This document shows, piece by piece, positions 8,931 through 18,993 of a stretch of DNA of 64,000 nucleotides. The stretch is from Candidatus Levyibacteriota bacterium (GTDB lineage Bacteria; Patescibacteriota; Microgenomatia; Levybacterales; UBA12049). Within the stretch, counting starts at the first letter, position 1; each line of letters opens with the position of its first letter. Where the stretch lies: assembly GCA_016182185.1 (NCBI GenBank), contig JACOXU010000001.1:338915-402914 (forward strand). The letters run 5' to 3'. Below the pieces are notes generated by a model, which ran no database searches, was not told the DNA's origin, and saw only the letters and a program-made list of their open reading frames with translations. The position numbers were made by a program, and so were the translations under genes.

Positions 8931-10087
8931 CAGTGGGGCTTCTTGCGCCAGATGATTTTATTGTAAATCGTAAAATTCCAAATGAGAAGTAATCCAGTAC
9001 CAATCACAAAGTAGACATAATAATACTTAATCGGAAGAATAAAAGAAAATTGCCCCTCTCCTATGAATCTATCACCTAAAAAGATAGTTCCTGTTTGGAT
9101 AAAAATTACACCAAAAGCAGACGTCGCGTAAAACTGCAGCATTTTGAAAAGATAACTGCTCAAGACGCTAACTTTTCTTTCTCCAAAAGTCCATATATTA
9201 TTAAGGTTATAGTTTGAAAAAATTGCTAAAGCCGCACCTGTTAAATTTGCCCAGGAATGGTTCCATCCGAACGAATCTGATAGAATCTTTAAAACTGCAA
9301 AATTAATGATGAATCCGAATCCTCCGACCACCAAAAATTTTCCGAATTTACCCATTATTACTTCTCTTATTCTAGTGCTAATAACGAATTTAAAGACTTC
9401 TGTTATATAACCCAATGGAGCAATTTTGGATCTTCCAAGATTCCTATCTGAAAAATGAAAAGGAACTTCTCCGATTTTAAAGCCGTCTCTAATTGCTTTA
9501 TGTAAAAATGATATCTGAAAGATATACCCCTTATAGTTTGTGAGCTCCTCTTTTTCTTTAAGAAAAACTTCTTTTTTCAAAGCTCTGTATCCTCCTGTCC
9601 AGTCGTGAACCGAAAGCTTCATAAATACTGTTCTAACAAATAAATTTGCTACAACTGAAAAGACCTTTCTCATAAATGGCCAGTTCTTTGGAATCGACCC
9701 TCCGTCGCTATATCTATTTCCAATTACCATATCGCATCCCTCATCTATTTTCTTAAGAAATTCCGGAATCTTTTGGGGATCATGCTGAAGATCTGCATCC
9801 ATTTCAAACATCACTTCGGCTCCCATATGTTCAACCGCATACGTCATTCCTCTTATGTAAGCGGCACCCAGTCCTTGTTTTTCTCCGGAATTAATATCTA
9901 TGTTTTTATACTTTTCCATTAATTTTCGAACCTCATCAGCCGTTCCATCAGGAGAATTATCATCCGCAACCAGTATATTCATGTCGTGGTTTTTTATTTG
10001 GGGAAAAATTTCGTTTTCAAGTGTTGGAATGAGCCTATCTATATTCCCCTTTTCATTATAGGTGGGGGTTACAATAACTACCTTCAT
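8930..10087 (-). CDS. polyprenyl-phosphate sugar synthase (GT2, DPM1/ArnC/GtrB-like) fused to C-terminal GtrA-like flippase domain
   Basis: N-terminal VVIVTPTYNEKGNI...ADDNSPDGT...EMDADLQHDP GT2 motifs. The C-terminal 120 aa are a 4-TM GtrA-like domain (FLVVGGFGFIINFAVL...NYNLNNIWTF). Confidence 0.8.
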   Translation of the reverse strand: MKVVIVTPTYNEKGNIDRLIPTLENEIFPQIKNHDMNILVADDNSPDGTADEVRKLMEKYKNIDINSGEKQGLGAAYIRGMTYAVEHMGAEVMFEMDADLQHDPQKIPEFLKKIDEGCDMVIGNRYSDGGSIPKNWPFMRKVFSVVANLFVRTVFMKLSVHDWTGGYRALKKEVFLKEKEELTNYKGYIFQISFLHKAIRDGFKIGEVPFHFSDRNLGRSKIAPLGYITEVFKFVISTRIREVIMGKFGKFLVVGGFGFIINFAVLKILSDSFGWNHSWANLTGAALAIFSNYNLNNIWTFGERKVSVLSSYLFKMLQFYATSAFGVIFIQTGTIFLGDRFIGEGQFSFILPIKYYYVYFVIGTGLLLIWNFTIYNKIIWRKKPH

Positions 10088-10129
10088 ATATTAATTAAAG
10101 CACAAAACGATACAAATGATAAATAGGCA

Positions 10130-11083
10130 TTACGGTCTTTTGAAGTATTCTATGGTTTTCTCAAGACCATTCTCAATGCTGACTTCGGGTTTCCAATCCA
10201 AAAGCTTTCTTGCTTTGGTAATATCGGGTTTTCTTGTTTTTGGATCATCTTCAGGCAGCTCCTCAAATGTAATTTCAGAATTGGAGTTAGTCATTTTTTT
10301 AATTAAATGGGCCAAATCCAAAATTGTCCTTTCATCTGGGTTACCAAGGTTTATTACTTCTCCCCGGGATTTATCTGAAAACATCACAATCTTCAACCCT
10401 TTTATCATATCATCGACAAAACAAATACTGCGCGTCTGAGTTCCGTCTCCATATACAGTAATCTCATCTCCCTTTAATGCCTGGTTTATGAAATTTGAAA
10501 CGACTCTGCCATCATCTGGTCTCATTTTTGGTCCATAAGTATTGAAAATTCTTACAATTCGGGCATCAAGATTATATTTTCTGACATATGCCATGGTAAC
10601 TGCCTCCCCATATCGTTTCCCCTCATCATACACAGAACGAACCCCATTTGGATTCACATTTCCGAAATATGTTTCATCTTGAGGAGAGACAGTTGGATCT
10701 CCATAAACTTCCGAGGAAGATGCAAAAAGAAAGCAAGCCCTGTGCTTTCGTCCTAATTCTAAAAGATTGTATGTTCCCTGAGAATTAACAAGCAGGGTCT
10801 CGACTGGAAATTTAATATAACTTCTTGGGCTCTTTTGGCTTGGGGATGCCGGAGAAGCAAGGTGAAAAATATAATCTATTTTATTTATAGATAAATTCTT
10901 AAGTTGAATTAGGTCCTGATTTATAAATCTGAAGTTTTTATTTTTTTCAAGGTCTCTAAGATTTTTTATTTCGCCGGTAATAAGATTGTCTATACATATT
11001 ACTTTATAATTATCATCAAGTAAACTTTTGCATAAATGTGATCCAATAAAACCTGCACCTCCAGCAACAAGTACTGTCTGCAT
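10130..11083 (-). CDS. UDP-glucuronate decarboxylase (UDP-xylose synthase, UXS family SDR)
   Basis: VLVAGGAGFIGSHL Rossmann motif, YDEGKRYGE catalytic region. Length and motifs match UXS/ArnA-decarboxylase-type enzymes. Adjacent ugd supplies UDP-GlcA. Confidence 0.8.
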   Translation of the reverse strand: MQTVLVAGGAGFIGSHLCKSLLDDNYKVICIDNLITGEIKNLRDLEKNKNFRFINQDLIQLKNLSINKIDYIFHLASPASPSQKSPRSYIKFPVETLLVNSQGTYNLLELGRKHRACFLFASSSEVYGDPTVSPQDETYFGNVNPNGVRSVYDEGKRYGEAVTMAYVRKYNLDARIVRIFNTYGPKMRPDDGRVVSNFINQALKGDEITVYGDGTQTRSICFVDDMIKGLKIVMFSDKSRGEVINLGNPDERTILDLAHLIKKMTNSNSEITFEELPEDDPKTRKPDITKARKLLDWKPEVSIENGLEKTIEYFKRP

Positions 11084-11086
11084 AAT

Positions 11087-12061
11087 TTATTTACTTCTTT
11101 TTTCCCTTTCTAAATCTGCTTTTACCATTATCTCCACCAGTCTTTTAAATGTTGTTTTTGGCTGCCATCCTAATATTCTCTTTGCCCGACTAGCATCCCC
11201 GATCAGATAATCCACCTCTGCAGGACGCATGTGCTCAGGCTTGTTTACTGTGACATATTTCTTCCAATCAGAAATACCAACAACATCAAATGCAAGCTCT
11301 ACAAATTCTTTTACGCTATGATTTTCACCCATTGCGACCACATAATCGTCTGACTTTGGCTGTTGAAGCATTAACCACATGGCTTCAACGTAGTCTTTTG
11401 CATAGCCCCAATCTCTTTTGGGCTCAAGTGAACCAAGCTCTAATTTTTTCTGCTTCCCGAGACTTATTCTGACAACTGCATGACTTATTTTTCTTGTTAC
11501 AAATTCAAGTCCTCTTCTGGGGGACTCGTGATTAAAAAGTATTCCAGAACAGGCAAAGATATCAAAACTCTCTCTGTAATTTACAGTAATATAATGACCA
11601 TAAACTTTTGCGACTCCGTAAGGACTCCTCGGATGAAATCTGGTGGTTTCTTTTTGTGGGGTTTCTGTTACTTTGCCAAACATCTCAGATGATGAAGCCT
11701 GATAAAATTTAATTTTAGGATTTACAGCTCTTATAGCCTCTAGTAGTCTGGTAACTCCAAGGGCAGTAAACTCTCCTGTTAATACAGGTTGATTCCAGGA
11801 GGTTTTTACAAAAGATTGCGCTGCAAGATTATAAACCTCATCGGGTTCTGATTCTATAAGCGCTGAGGACAGAGAACTTTGATCAAGTAAGTCCCCCTGA
11901 ATTAATTCAATTTTATCAATTATATTATTGATTCTTTCAAAGTTAATTGTGCTTGTTCTTCTGGTTAATCCGTATACTTTATAACCCTTTTCAAGTAAAA
12001 ACTCTGCAAGATAAGAGCCATCCTGACCCGTAATTCCTGTTATAAGGGCTTTTTTTGCCAT
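11087..12061 (-). CDS. gmd: GDP-mannose 4,6-dehydratase
   Basis: N-terminus [27 protein letters not shown] is the near-canonical GMD signature. 324 aa. Confidence 0.9.
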   Translation of the reverse strand: MAKKALITGITGQDGSYLAEFLLEKGYKVYGLTRRTSTINFERINNIIDKIELIQGDLLDQSSLSSALIESEPDEVYNLAAQSFVKTSWNQPVLTGEFTALGVTRLLEAIRAVNPKIKFYQASSSEMFGKVTETPQKETTRFHPRSPYGVAKVYGHYITVNYRESFDIFACSGILFNHESPRRGLEFVTRKISHAVVRISLGKQKKLELGSLEPKRDWGYAKDYVEAMWLMLQQPKSDDYVVAMGENHSVKEFVELAFDVVGISDWKKYVTVNKPEHMRPAEVDYLIGDASRAKRILGWQPKTTFKRLVEIMVKADLEREKRSK

Positions 12062-12071
12062 ATTGATTATT

Positions 12072-13031
12072 TTAGGTTATATTTCTCCAATAGTCCAGTG
12101 TATCTTCCAACGTCTTTTCTAGCGGAATTTCGGGCTTCCATCCTGTAAGTTTTTGAAATTTTCCTGCATCACATCTTAATTCAGGTATATCAATTGGCCT
12201 TAACAATTTTTCGTCTACATTTACTCTGATCTTTTTCGAAGACAAAGAAATTAATTGATCCAAGATATCGGATATTTTATAAGCCTGTCCTGAGCCAATA
12301 TTATAGACATCACCAGCTTCTCCCTTTTCAATTGCCAAAACATAGGCCCTTATCATGTCTCTGACATCTGTGAAATCACGCATGCTCTCTAGATTGCCGA
12401 CTGACATAACCGGTTCTGAGTTATTTTTTTCGATTTCGGCTATTTTTTTGGCAAAAGCGGAAACTACAAATGAAGGAGACTGTTTCGGACCTATATGATT
12501 AAAGGGCCTTACTCTGACAATTTTGAGCTTATGAGCAAGATAGTATTGTAAACCCAAAAAATCCTGTGTTATTTTAGATACAGAATATGGACTGGTAGGT
12601 TTTAATTCTGTTTTTTCATCAATTGGCAGATCATCTGGGCTAACCAATCCGTATATTTCTGCTGAGGAAACCACGAGTATGCGTGATTTCCAAAACTCAA
12701 GTGTTTTCACTGCCTCCAAAATATTAATTTGAGCCTTAATATTATTCATCATTGTTTCTCCTGGATTTTCAAAGCTTGCCATAGGAGATGGATGCGCGGC
12801 TAAATGAAAAATAAAATCAGGCCTCAACTTTTCAATCATAGTCCTCACTTTTTCTGCGTCTATCAAATCTAAGTGAATAAGATTTATTTTATTTTTTACG
12901 TGAATTAAATTTTTGAGGCTTTTCTCAAGAAGAAACGTTCCCGAAATTTGGAAACTTTTATTAAGAAGTAAATGTTCAATCAAGAAGCTTCCTGCAAAAC
13001 CTGAAGCGCCAGTTATTAATACCTTTTTCAT
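12072..13031 (-). CDS. rmd: GDP-4-keto-6-deoxy-D-mannose reductase (Rmd-like; GDP-D-rhamnose forming)
   Basis: SDR with [33 protein letters not shown] and TGWKPEI blocks that parallel Pseudomonas Rmd. Immediately downstream of gmd. Confidence 0.7.
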   Translation of the reverse strand: MKKVLITGASGFAGSFLIEHLLLNKSFQISGTFLLEKSLKNLIHVKNKINLIHLDLIDAEKVRTMIEKLRPDFIFHLAAHPSPMASFENPGETMMNNIKAQINILEAVKTLEFWKSRILVVSSAEIYGLVSPDDLPIDEKTELKPTSPYSVSKITQDFLGLQYYLAHKLKIVRVRPFNHIGPKQSPSFVVSAFAKKIAEIEKNNSEPVMSVGNLESMRDFTDVRDMIRAYVLAIEKGEAGDVYNIGSGQAYKISDILDQLISLSSKKIRVNVDEKLLRPIDIPELRCDAGKFQKLTGWKPEIPLEKTLEDTLDYWRNIT

Positions 13032-14323
13032 CTACCAACACCCGTATAAGTGAAGCCAAGTTCTTTAATTTTTTGAGGATCATAGATATTCCTCCCATCA
13101 ATAATGTTTGGAATCCTCATCTGTCCCTTAAGAAGTTTAAAATCCAGTTCCTTAAATTCGTTCCAGTCTGTAATTACAATTATCGCATCTGCATCTTTTG
13201 CTGCTTCATATGCATCTTTACAAAACTTAACTTTATCACCCAGAATTTTTCTTGCCACCACCATTGCCTGGGGATCAAATACCTTAACATTTGCTCTGTT
13301 TTGTCTCAAAAGTTCTATAATATCTAAAGATTGAGCATCTCTCATATCATCTGTGTTGGGTTTAAAAGAAAGCCCTAAAATCCCAATTGTTTTTCCTCTA
13401 AGATCTCCGAGTAATCTTCTCGTTTTTTTCACTATATCTCGTCTTGCCAGCCCATTTATTTTCTCGACTTCATCAAGTAAGGCAAAATTGTAATCATAAT
13501 CCTTTGCTATAGCAATAAGCGCTTTTACATCTTTTGGGAAACAGCTTCCGCCATATCCAGGACCCGGAGCCAAAAATTCACTACCAATTCTTTTATCAAC
13601 ACCTATTCCTTCAAGTACCTTAAGCCCATCCGCTCCTGAGAGCTCTGATAGCTTTGCTATTGCGTTCGCAAAAGAAATTTTGGTAGCCAAAAAAGAATTC
13701 GAAGCATATTTTATAAGCTCTGCTGTTTCAAGATTAGTTAATATTACTCGTCCATCAATCGGTTTATGAAGATCTAGAAGAAACTTCCGTGCTTTTTTAT
13801 TTTCGCTGCCGATTACAATTCTGTCCGGATTTAATGTGTCCTGAATTGCTGTACCTTCCCGTAGGAACTCAGGGGCAGAAGCTATATCAAACTCTGTATC
13901 TTTAGACTTAACTTCATCTATTAATTGCTTGATTCTTTTGTTGGTTCCAACAGGAACAGTACTCTTAGTAGCAATGACTGTATATCCCTTCTTCAAATTT
14001 TTTCCGATTTTTTCCGCAACGTCAAAAACCCCAAAAAGCTCTGCATCTCCGGTTTTATTAGGCGGAGTACCTACTGCAATAAAAACTACATCAGAATTTG
14101 GTATTGCGGGTTTATAATCAAGCGTGAAAAGAAGTCTTTTTGCATTGATATTTCTTTTAACAATCTCTTCAAGCCCTGGCTCATAAAAGGGTGGAATGCC
14201 TTTTTTTAGATTTTCTATTTTTTCGCGAGTTCTGCCGATTACCCAAACAGTATTACCTAAATCAGCAAAAATTGAAGCAGTAACCAGTCCCACATATCCG
14301 TGTCCAATAAAAGTTATGGTCAT
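13028..14323 (-). CDS. ugd: UDP-glucose 6-dehydrogenase
   Basis: 431 aa. N-terminal ITFIGHGYVGLVTA NAD-binding motif and a catalytic Cys region (GGSCFPKD) of the UDP-Glc/GDP-Man dehydrogenase family. Confidence 0.85.
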   Translation of the reverse strand: MTITFIGHGYVGLVTASIFADLGNTVWVIGRTREKIENLKKGIPPFYEPGLEEIVKRNINAKRLLFTLDYKPAIPNSDVVFIAVGTPPNKTGDAELFGVFDVAEKIGKNLKKGYTVIATKSTVPVGTNKRIKQLIDEVKSKDTEFDIASAPEFLREGTAIQDTLNPDRIVIGSENKKARKFLLDLHKPIDGRVILTNLETAELIKYASNSFLATKISFANAIAKLSELSGADGLKVLEGIGVDKRIGSEFLAPGPGYGGSCFPKDVKALIAIAKDYDYNFALLDEVEKINGLARRDIVKKTRRLLGDLRGKTIGILGLSFKPNTDDMRDAQSLDIIELLRQNRANVKVFDPQAMVVARKILGDKVKFCKDAYEAAKDADAIIVITDWNEFKELDFKLLKGQMRIPNIIDGRNIYDPQKIKELGFTYTGVGR

Positions 14324-15192
14324 AAATTTTCTAGTTGTTTTTTTATCTCTATTAGGCCTTCTTCAAAAGTTTTCATCTTTATTCCTAATTTTCCTATTTT
14401 ATCATTTTTAATTCTAAGATGAAATGGCCTTTTGGCTTTATTTTTAAAGTATTCCTCTCTTGTAATTTTGTTTATCAAAGATTTATCTAAATTTAAAACA
14501 TTTGCTATTAATAGTGCGGACTCATAGGGAGAAATACTTTGACTTCCAACCAGATGGTACTTTCCGCTTATTTTATTCTTTATGATAAAATCCAATGCTT
14601 GCACGATGTCATCTATAAAAGTAGGTGTTATTATCTGATCATAAACGGCATAAATAGGCACATTTTGTTTTAGTTTATTTAAGACAGCTCGAACAAAATC
14701 AGTTTTTCTGTCGAATCTAGTACGATAAGGAAATGCAATTCGAAGAATCAAACTTTGATTCATGCCCATCAATAATTTCTCGCCTTCATATTTAGTTTTT
14801 GCATACCAATTAATCGGATCGGGTGTATCCTCTTCATTATATCCGTCTTCTTTCTCTCCATTGAAGACAAAGTCTGTTGAAAAATAGATCAGTTTCTTAC
14901 CACTTTTCTTACAAGCATCTGCAATATTTTGTGTTCCATCAACATTGATTTTCCAAGCTTCACCATTTGATCCTTGTTCTTTGTCATTTTCGCATCCATC
15001 TACATCGGCTTTGGAAGCAAGGTGTAAAACTATTGGCGAATCAGAGAAAATAATTTTATCTTCAATTATTTTTTTTTGAGTGATATCAAATCCTGAACTT
15101 ATACTTAAATTTTCAAATTCATACTGATCTTTAAGAAGCTCTACTATTCTTGAACCCACCATTCCTGATAATCCAGTCCCTAAAATTTTCAT
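14320..15192 (-). CDS. rfbD: dTDP-4-dehydrorhamnose reductase
   Basis: 290 aa. MKILGTGLSGMVGSRIVELL. Typical RmlD length and motif spacing. Confidence 0.75.
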   Translation of the reverse strand: MKILGTGLSGMVGSRIVELLKDQYEFENLSISSGFDITQKKIIEDKIIFSDSPIVLHLASKADVDGCENDKEQGSNGEAWKINVDGTQNIADACKKSGKKLIYFSTDFVFNGEKEDGYNEEDTPDPINWYAKTKYEGEKLLMGMNQSLILRIAFPYRTRFDRKTDFVRAVLNKLKQNVPIYAVYDQIITPTFIDDIVQALDFIIKNKISGKYHLVGSQSISPYESALLIANVLNLDKSLINKITREEYFKNKAKRPFHLRIKNDKIGKLGIKMKTFEEGLIEIKKQLENL

Positions 15193-16202
15193 AGTTTTCC
15201 ATATTGCTTATTGTAATACTCCTGATATTCTCCGGTTTTCACTCTTTTCCACCAATCTGAATTTTTTTTATACCATTCCACTGTTTTTTCGAGCCATTCA
15301 TCAAAGCTATGTTGTGGCTCCCAATCCAGTTCATTTTTTATCTTTGACCAATCGACTGCATATTTTCTATCATGTCCTGGACGATCTTTTATAAATTCGA
15401 TCATTTCTTCGTTTGCATTAAGTATTTTTATAATTTTTTTAACTATTGACAGGTTGTTAATATCTTCTGTTAATCCTCCGACGCAATAGGTGTCGCCGAC
15501 TTTTCCTTTTTGTAAAATTTTATCAACTGCCCTGCAATGATCTTCTACATAAAGCCAGTCTCTTACATAAAGTCCGTCTCCGTAAACCGGAATTTTTTTA
15601 TTTTCTAATAAATTTGTAATTGCCAGAGGTATTAATTTCTCGGGAAATTGGTAGGGGCCAAAATTGTTTGAGCAATTTGAGATTGTAATAGGTAGTCCAT
15701 AAGTTGTAAAGTATGCCCTTACTAAATGATCCGAGCTGGATTTACTTGCCGAATAAGGACTTCTGGGATTATAATTTGTTCGTTCATTAAATTTATTCAA
15801 ATCTTCTAATTCAAGACTTCCGTATACCTCATCTGTTGATATATGATGAAATCTCTTTACTTTACTTTTTATAGCTTCATCAAGAAGAATTTGTGTTCCG
15901 ACTATATTGGTCATTATAAAAGGAGCTGGCTCAGTTATTGATCTATCCACATGACTTTCCGCGGCAAAATTTACAACAATGTCTATTTCTTCCATTGCCT
16001 CCCCAACAGCTTTTCCATCACAAATATCACCGTGAATAAATTTATAATTTGGATTTTTCTCAACCTCCTTTAGATTTTCCAAATTCCCAGCATAAGTTAA
16101 TTTATCAAGATTGACAATCTTGTCTTGCGGATGATTTTTCATCCAGTAAAGAATGAAATTCGATCCAATAAACCCTGCTCCACCTGTTACAAGAATTTTC
16201 AT
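15189..16202 (-). CDS. rfbB: dTDP-glucose 4,6-dehydratase
   Basis: 337 aa. MKILVTGGAGFIGSNF, YSASKSSSDHL catalytic YxxxK. Canonical RmlB. Confidence 0.9.
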   Translation of the reverse strand: MKILVTGGAGFIGSNFILYWMKNHPQDKIVNLDKLTYAGNLENLKEVEKNPNYKFIHGDICDGKAVGEAMEEIDIVVNFAAESHVDRSITEPAPFIMTNIVGTQILLDEAIKSKVKRFHHISTDEVYGSLELEDLNKFNERTNYNPRSPYSASKSSSDHLVRAYFTTYGLPITISNCSNNFGPYQFPEKLIPLAITNLLENKKIPVYGDGLYVRDWLYVEDHCRAVDKILQKGKVGDTYCVGGLTEDINNLSIVKKIIKILNANEEMIEFIKDRPGHDRKYAVDWSKIKNELDWEPQHSFDEWLEKTVEWYKKNSDWWKRVKTGEYQEYYNKQYGKL

Positions 16203-16729
16203 ATTTTTTCTTCTCTATAAATTTTATCAAGCAAAAGAATACCAATTATAGTAGGTGCTGTTGATATTTGTCCTGATAAAACTTTTTCAACTGCATTTTT
16301 GAGAGAAATTTTTACTAACTTTATATCCTCGTGTTCTTCAGGTAATGATTCTTGCTTTTCAAGATTTTTTGCTAGAAATATTGAAACGTGAGATTTTATC
16401 ACGCTTCCTGATGTGTCATATTCAATAAGTTTTTTCCAATTTGAAGCAACTAGTCCGGTCTCTTCTTTCAGTTCTCTTTTTGCAGCATCAATAGCAGTTT
16501 CACCTTCATCTATATGACCTGCAGGTGCTTCAAGTATTCTCTTACTAAAGATATATCTATATTGAGAAATAAGATAAAGATTATTTTTATCAATCAATGG
16601 AAGTACTACAGAGATTGGCTTCCTATGAACAAAACTATATCTTTTGCTTCTTCCATGAGTTAATGAAAAATTTTTCTCTTCAACTTTAAAGAATTTTTGT
16701 GAGTAAATTATTGTATTTGTTTTTTTCAT
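16199..16729 (-). CDS. NUDIX hydrolase
   Basis: Nudix box GHIDEGETAIDAAKRELKEETGL. Sits between rfbB and rfbA. Confidence 0.8.
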   Translation of the reverse strand: MKKTNTIIYSQKFFKVEEKNFSLTHGRSKRYSFVHRKPISVVLPLIDKNNLYLISQYRYIFSKRILEAPAGHIDEGETAIDAAKRELKEETGLVASNWKKLIEYDTSGSVIKSHVSIFLAKNLEKQESLPEEHEDIKLVKISLKNAVEKVLSGQISTAPTIIGILLLDKIYREEKI

Positions 16730-16732
16730 CTT

Positions 16733-17470
16733 TCATCTAATCTCATTATTTTTTACTTTTTCTGCCACCAGATTGTTGGCCCGTAAAAGTTCGTCGTAAG
16801 ATGTTCCGGCATCTACCCACCAATCTATAATTCCGCACTCCATAGCTCCCTCTTTCACATAAAAATTATTAAGATCCGTCACTTCGAGCTCCCCTCTTCT
16901 TGAAGGCTTAAGTTTTCTTATAAAACCAAAGACCCTGTTGTCGTACATATAAATTCCAGTTTGGGCAAGATTTGATTTTGGATTCTCAGGCTTTTCTTCA
17001 ATCGATAATACCTTATTATTTTTATCAAGTTCAATCACTCCATATTGTTTTGACTCGGTCGGCATTTCAATGGCAAAAACCATTGCTCCATTCCTCTTCT
17101 CTTCAAACTCTTTGGCTGTTTGTTTTAAATTGTAGGTAAAAATGTTGTCTCCTAAAATAACTAAGAGCTTTTCACGATCGGCAAAACTTTCAGAAAGTGC
17201 AATACCTTGAGAAATTCCTCCTGCTTCCTGCTGAATTTCATAAGAGAGTCTCAGCTCAAATTGATCTCCGCTTTTGAGAAGATTAAGAAATGCACCGGCG
17301 TGATCAGGACCGGTTATGATCAAAACCTCCTTAATTCCTGCTCTCTGCATTGCTTCAAGCGGATAATAAATCATAGGCTTGTTGTAAATCGGAAGAAGAT
17401 GTTTATTGGTCACCTGGGTCAAAGGCCTAAGTCTCGTAGCAAGACCGCCTGCTAATATTACTCCTTTCAT
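16733..17470 (-). CDS. rfbA: glucose-1-phosphate thymidylyltransferase (short-form sugar-phosphate nucleotidyltransferase)
   Basis: MKGVILAGGLATRLRPLTQVTNKHLLPIYNKPMIYYPLE is the canonical G1P nucleotidyltransferase N-terminus. 245 aa short form. Confidence 0.8.
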   Translation of the reverse strand: MKGVILAGGLATRLRPLTQVTNKHLLPIYNKPMIYYPLEAMQRAGIKEVLIITGPDHAGAFLNLLKSGDQFELRLSYEIQQEAGGISQGIALSESFADREKLLVILGDNIFTYNLKQTAKEFEEKRNGAMVFAIEMPTESKQYGVIELDKNNKVLSIEEKPENPKSNLAQTGIYMYDNRVFGFIRKLKPSRRGELEVTDLNNFYVKEGAMECGIIDWWVDAGTSYDELLRANNLVAEKVKNNEIR

Positions 17471-17745
17471 AAACCAAGTCCTCCCTTCAGGAGAAAAAAA
17501 ACTGCAGCGATCCCAAATCCGGCAATAATAAAATACTCAAGAACAATCTTGCCATTGAGATCATGATTGACCATGTGATGAAAAATTCCAAAACCTGCAT
17601 AAAAAAGCGTAGTAAGAAGAACAATTAGCATCTGCAGATTCTTGTTCGGAGCTGCTACTACGACCAAAAACAAACCCAAGGCAAGAATTGTGGCAAGTGC
17701 CAAATAGTATTCTGTATGTCTGTTAATTTTTTCCGACTGCTTCAC
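17467..17745 (-). CDS. small 3-TM membrane protein
   Basis: 92 aa, three hydrophobic helices. Overlaps rfbA start by 4 nt. Confidence 0.4.
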   Translation of the reverse strand: MKQSEKINRHTEYYLALATILALGLFLVVVAAPNKNLQMLIVLLTTLFYAGFGIFHHMVNHDLNGKIVLEYFIIAGFGIAAVFFLLKGGLGL

Positions 17746-18632
17746 AATATTACTCCTTTGCCCAAAATTGCCAAAATAATTAAGATAGAAACAAGATAAA
17801 AGATGTGATCGGTATTGTGTCCTATAAAACGAAATAATTTTTTCCGCCCAACTATTATCATATCGACAAAAAGAACAGAAATAAATATTATCAGAACTAA
17901 ATTACTTATGTTTGATGTTAGAGAAAAACTATTAATGAGAGGCTGTTTTTTTATAACTGATAGGTTAACTTTGGAAGCCGTTTCTCCTGCAACGCTTACA
18001 TCTGGTTTCTGGACAATAGCGCTTGTTGAGACACTTTTCTCAGTTACAATCTCAGGTGAAGTACCTGCATAAACCCTACTTCCCAATTCTTGCACTACCA
18101 ATACTGTCTCTTCTCCATTTAAATTTCCAATCTCTACTGCAAAACCCACCTCGCTATAATTTTGCGATAAAATATTTGCTCTATGATCAGGACTTGCCAT
18201 CCACGCATTAGTTACTTCCTCGCTCGTACTAAATCCCCTTGCCAGATTCTCGCCGGCATAAACATAATTGTAATTTGCTTCCTTAAAGAACGCCCAAGGA
18301 CTTTTGCCGTCCGGTGAATTATGCGCCCAATAATCTTTGGCAAACATATCTTTGGCTTTATTTTGAGCAGCGGCCGCAAGCTCTGAACTTAAGGATAAAG
18401 CCGGAAGACCATTTTCTTGTCTTTTCTGATTAACAAAAGTAAGTAATTGTTCTTGACCAATACTGGTTGAAATTCCCAGAACCTGAGGCAGATTAATTCT
18501 GATACTTTCAAGAAGTATTGAACTTAAAACAAAAAAGGCAATAAAAAAAAGTAAAATATTGTGGTGGAGTAACTTTGCCCTGTAATTATTTGACCTTTGA
18601 GGAATAAAAAAATGAGACAAAAATTCTTTCAT
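17742..18632 (-). CDS. CAP/SCP/PR-1 domain protein, membrane-anchored
   Basis: Central domain GENLARGF...WMASPDHRANIL...VGFAV matches the CAP superfamily (YkwD-like). N-terminal TM and two C-terminal TM helices. Confidence 0.8.
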   Translation of the reverse strand: MKEFLSHFFIPQRSNNYRAKLLHHNILLFFIAFFVLSSILLESIRINLPQVLGISTSIGQEQLLTFVNQKRQENGLPALSLSSELAAAAQNKAKDMFAKDYWAHNSPDGKSPWAFFKEANYNYVYAGENLARGFSTSEEVTNAWMASPDHRANILSQNYSEVGFAVEIGNLNGEETVLVVQELGSRVYAGTSPEIVTEKSVSTSAIVQKPDVSVAGETASKVNLSVIKKQPLINSFSLTSNISNLVLIIFISVLFVDMIIVGRKKLFRFIGHNTDHIFYLVSILIILAILGKGVIL

Positions 18633-18647
18633 CTTTTTGTAAGTATA

Positions 18648-18962
18648 TCACTTATATCGAGGCTGTGCCAATTTTCCAACTCTTTGTTTATTTATTGGAA
18701 TTTTGAGGAAAAATCCCAAGGCATTGGCAATTGAAATACCAACTCGCAAACCCGTAAAAGAACCGGGTCCGGTACTTACTTGAATCTCATCCATGTCTCT
18801 AGGAGTAAGAGAATTTTGCATTAGAAGTTTCTCAATCATTGGCAGCGCAACCTGTGCCTTCAGAAGACCAATTTTTTTCCTAGATACATATTTCCCCCTA
18901 TTAATTTTTAATCCTATCTTTATCTCTTTATTACTTGAAGTATCGATAATTAAAGTATTCAT
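18648..18962 (-). CDS. tsaB: tRNA t6A biosynthesis protein TsaB (short form, N-terminal domain only)
   Basis: 104 aa. LIIDTSSNKEIKIGL...STGPGSFTGLRVGISIANALGF is the TsaB/YeaZ N-terminal domain. The C-terminal half is absent. Confidence 0.7.
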   Translation of the reverse strand: MNTLIIDTSSNKEIKIGLKINRGKYVSRKKIGLLKAQVALPMIEKLLMQNSLTPRDMDEIQVSTGPGSFTGLRVGISIANALGFFLKIPINKQRVGKLAQPRYK

Positions 18963-18965
18963 AAT

Positions 18966-18993
18966 TCTTAAATCTTAAATCACAAATCTAATT
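18966..18993. repeat. degenerate heptamer tandem repeat (TCTTAAA x2, TCACAAA, TCTAATT)
   Basis: Read directly. Spans the tsaB/tsaC junction. Confidence 0.8.
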
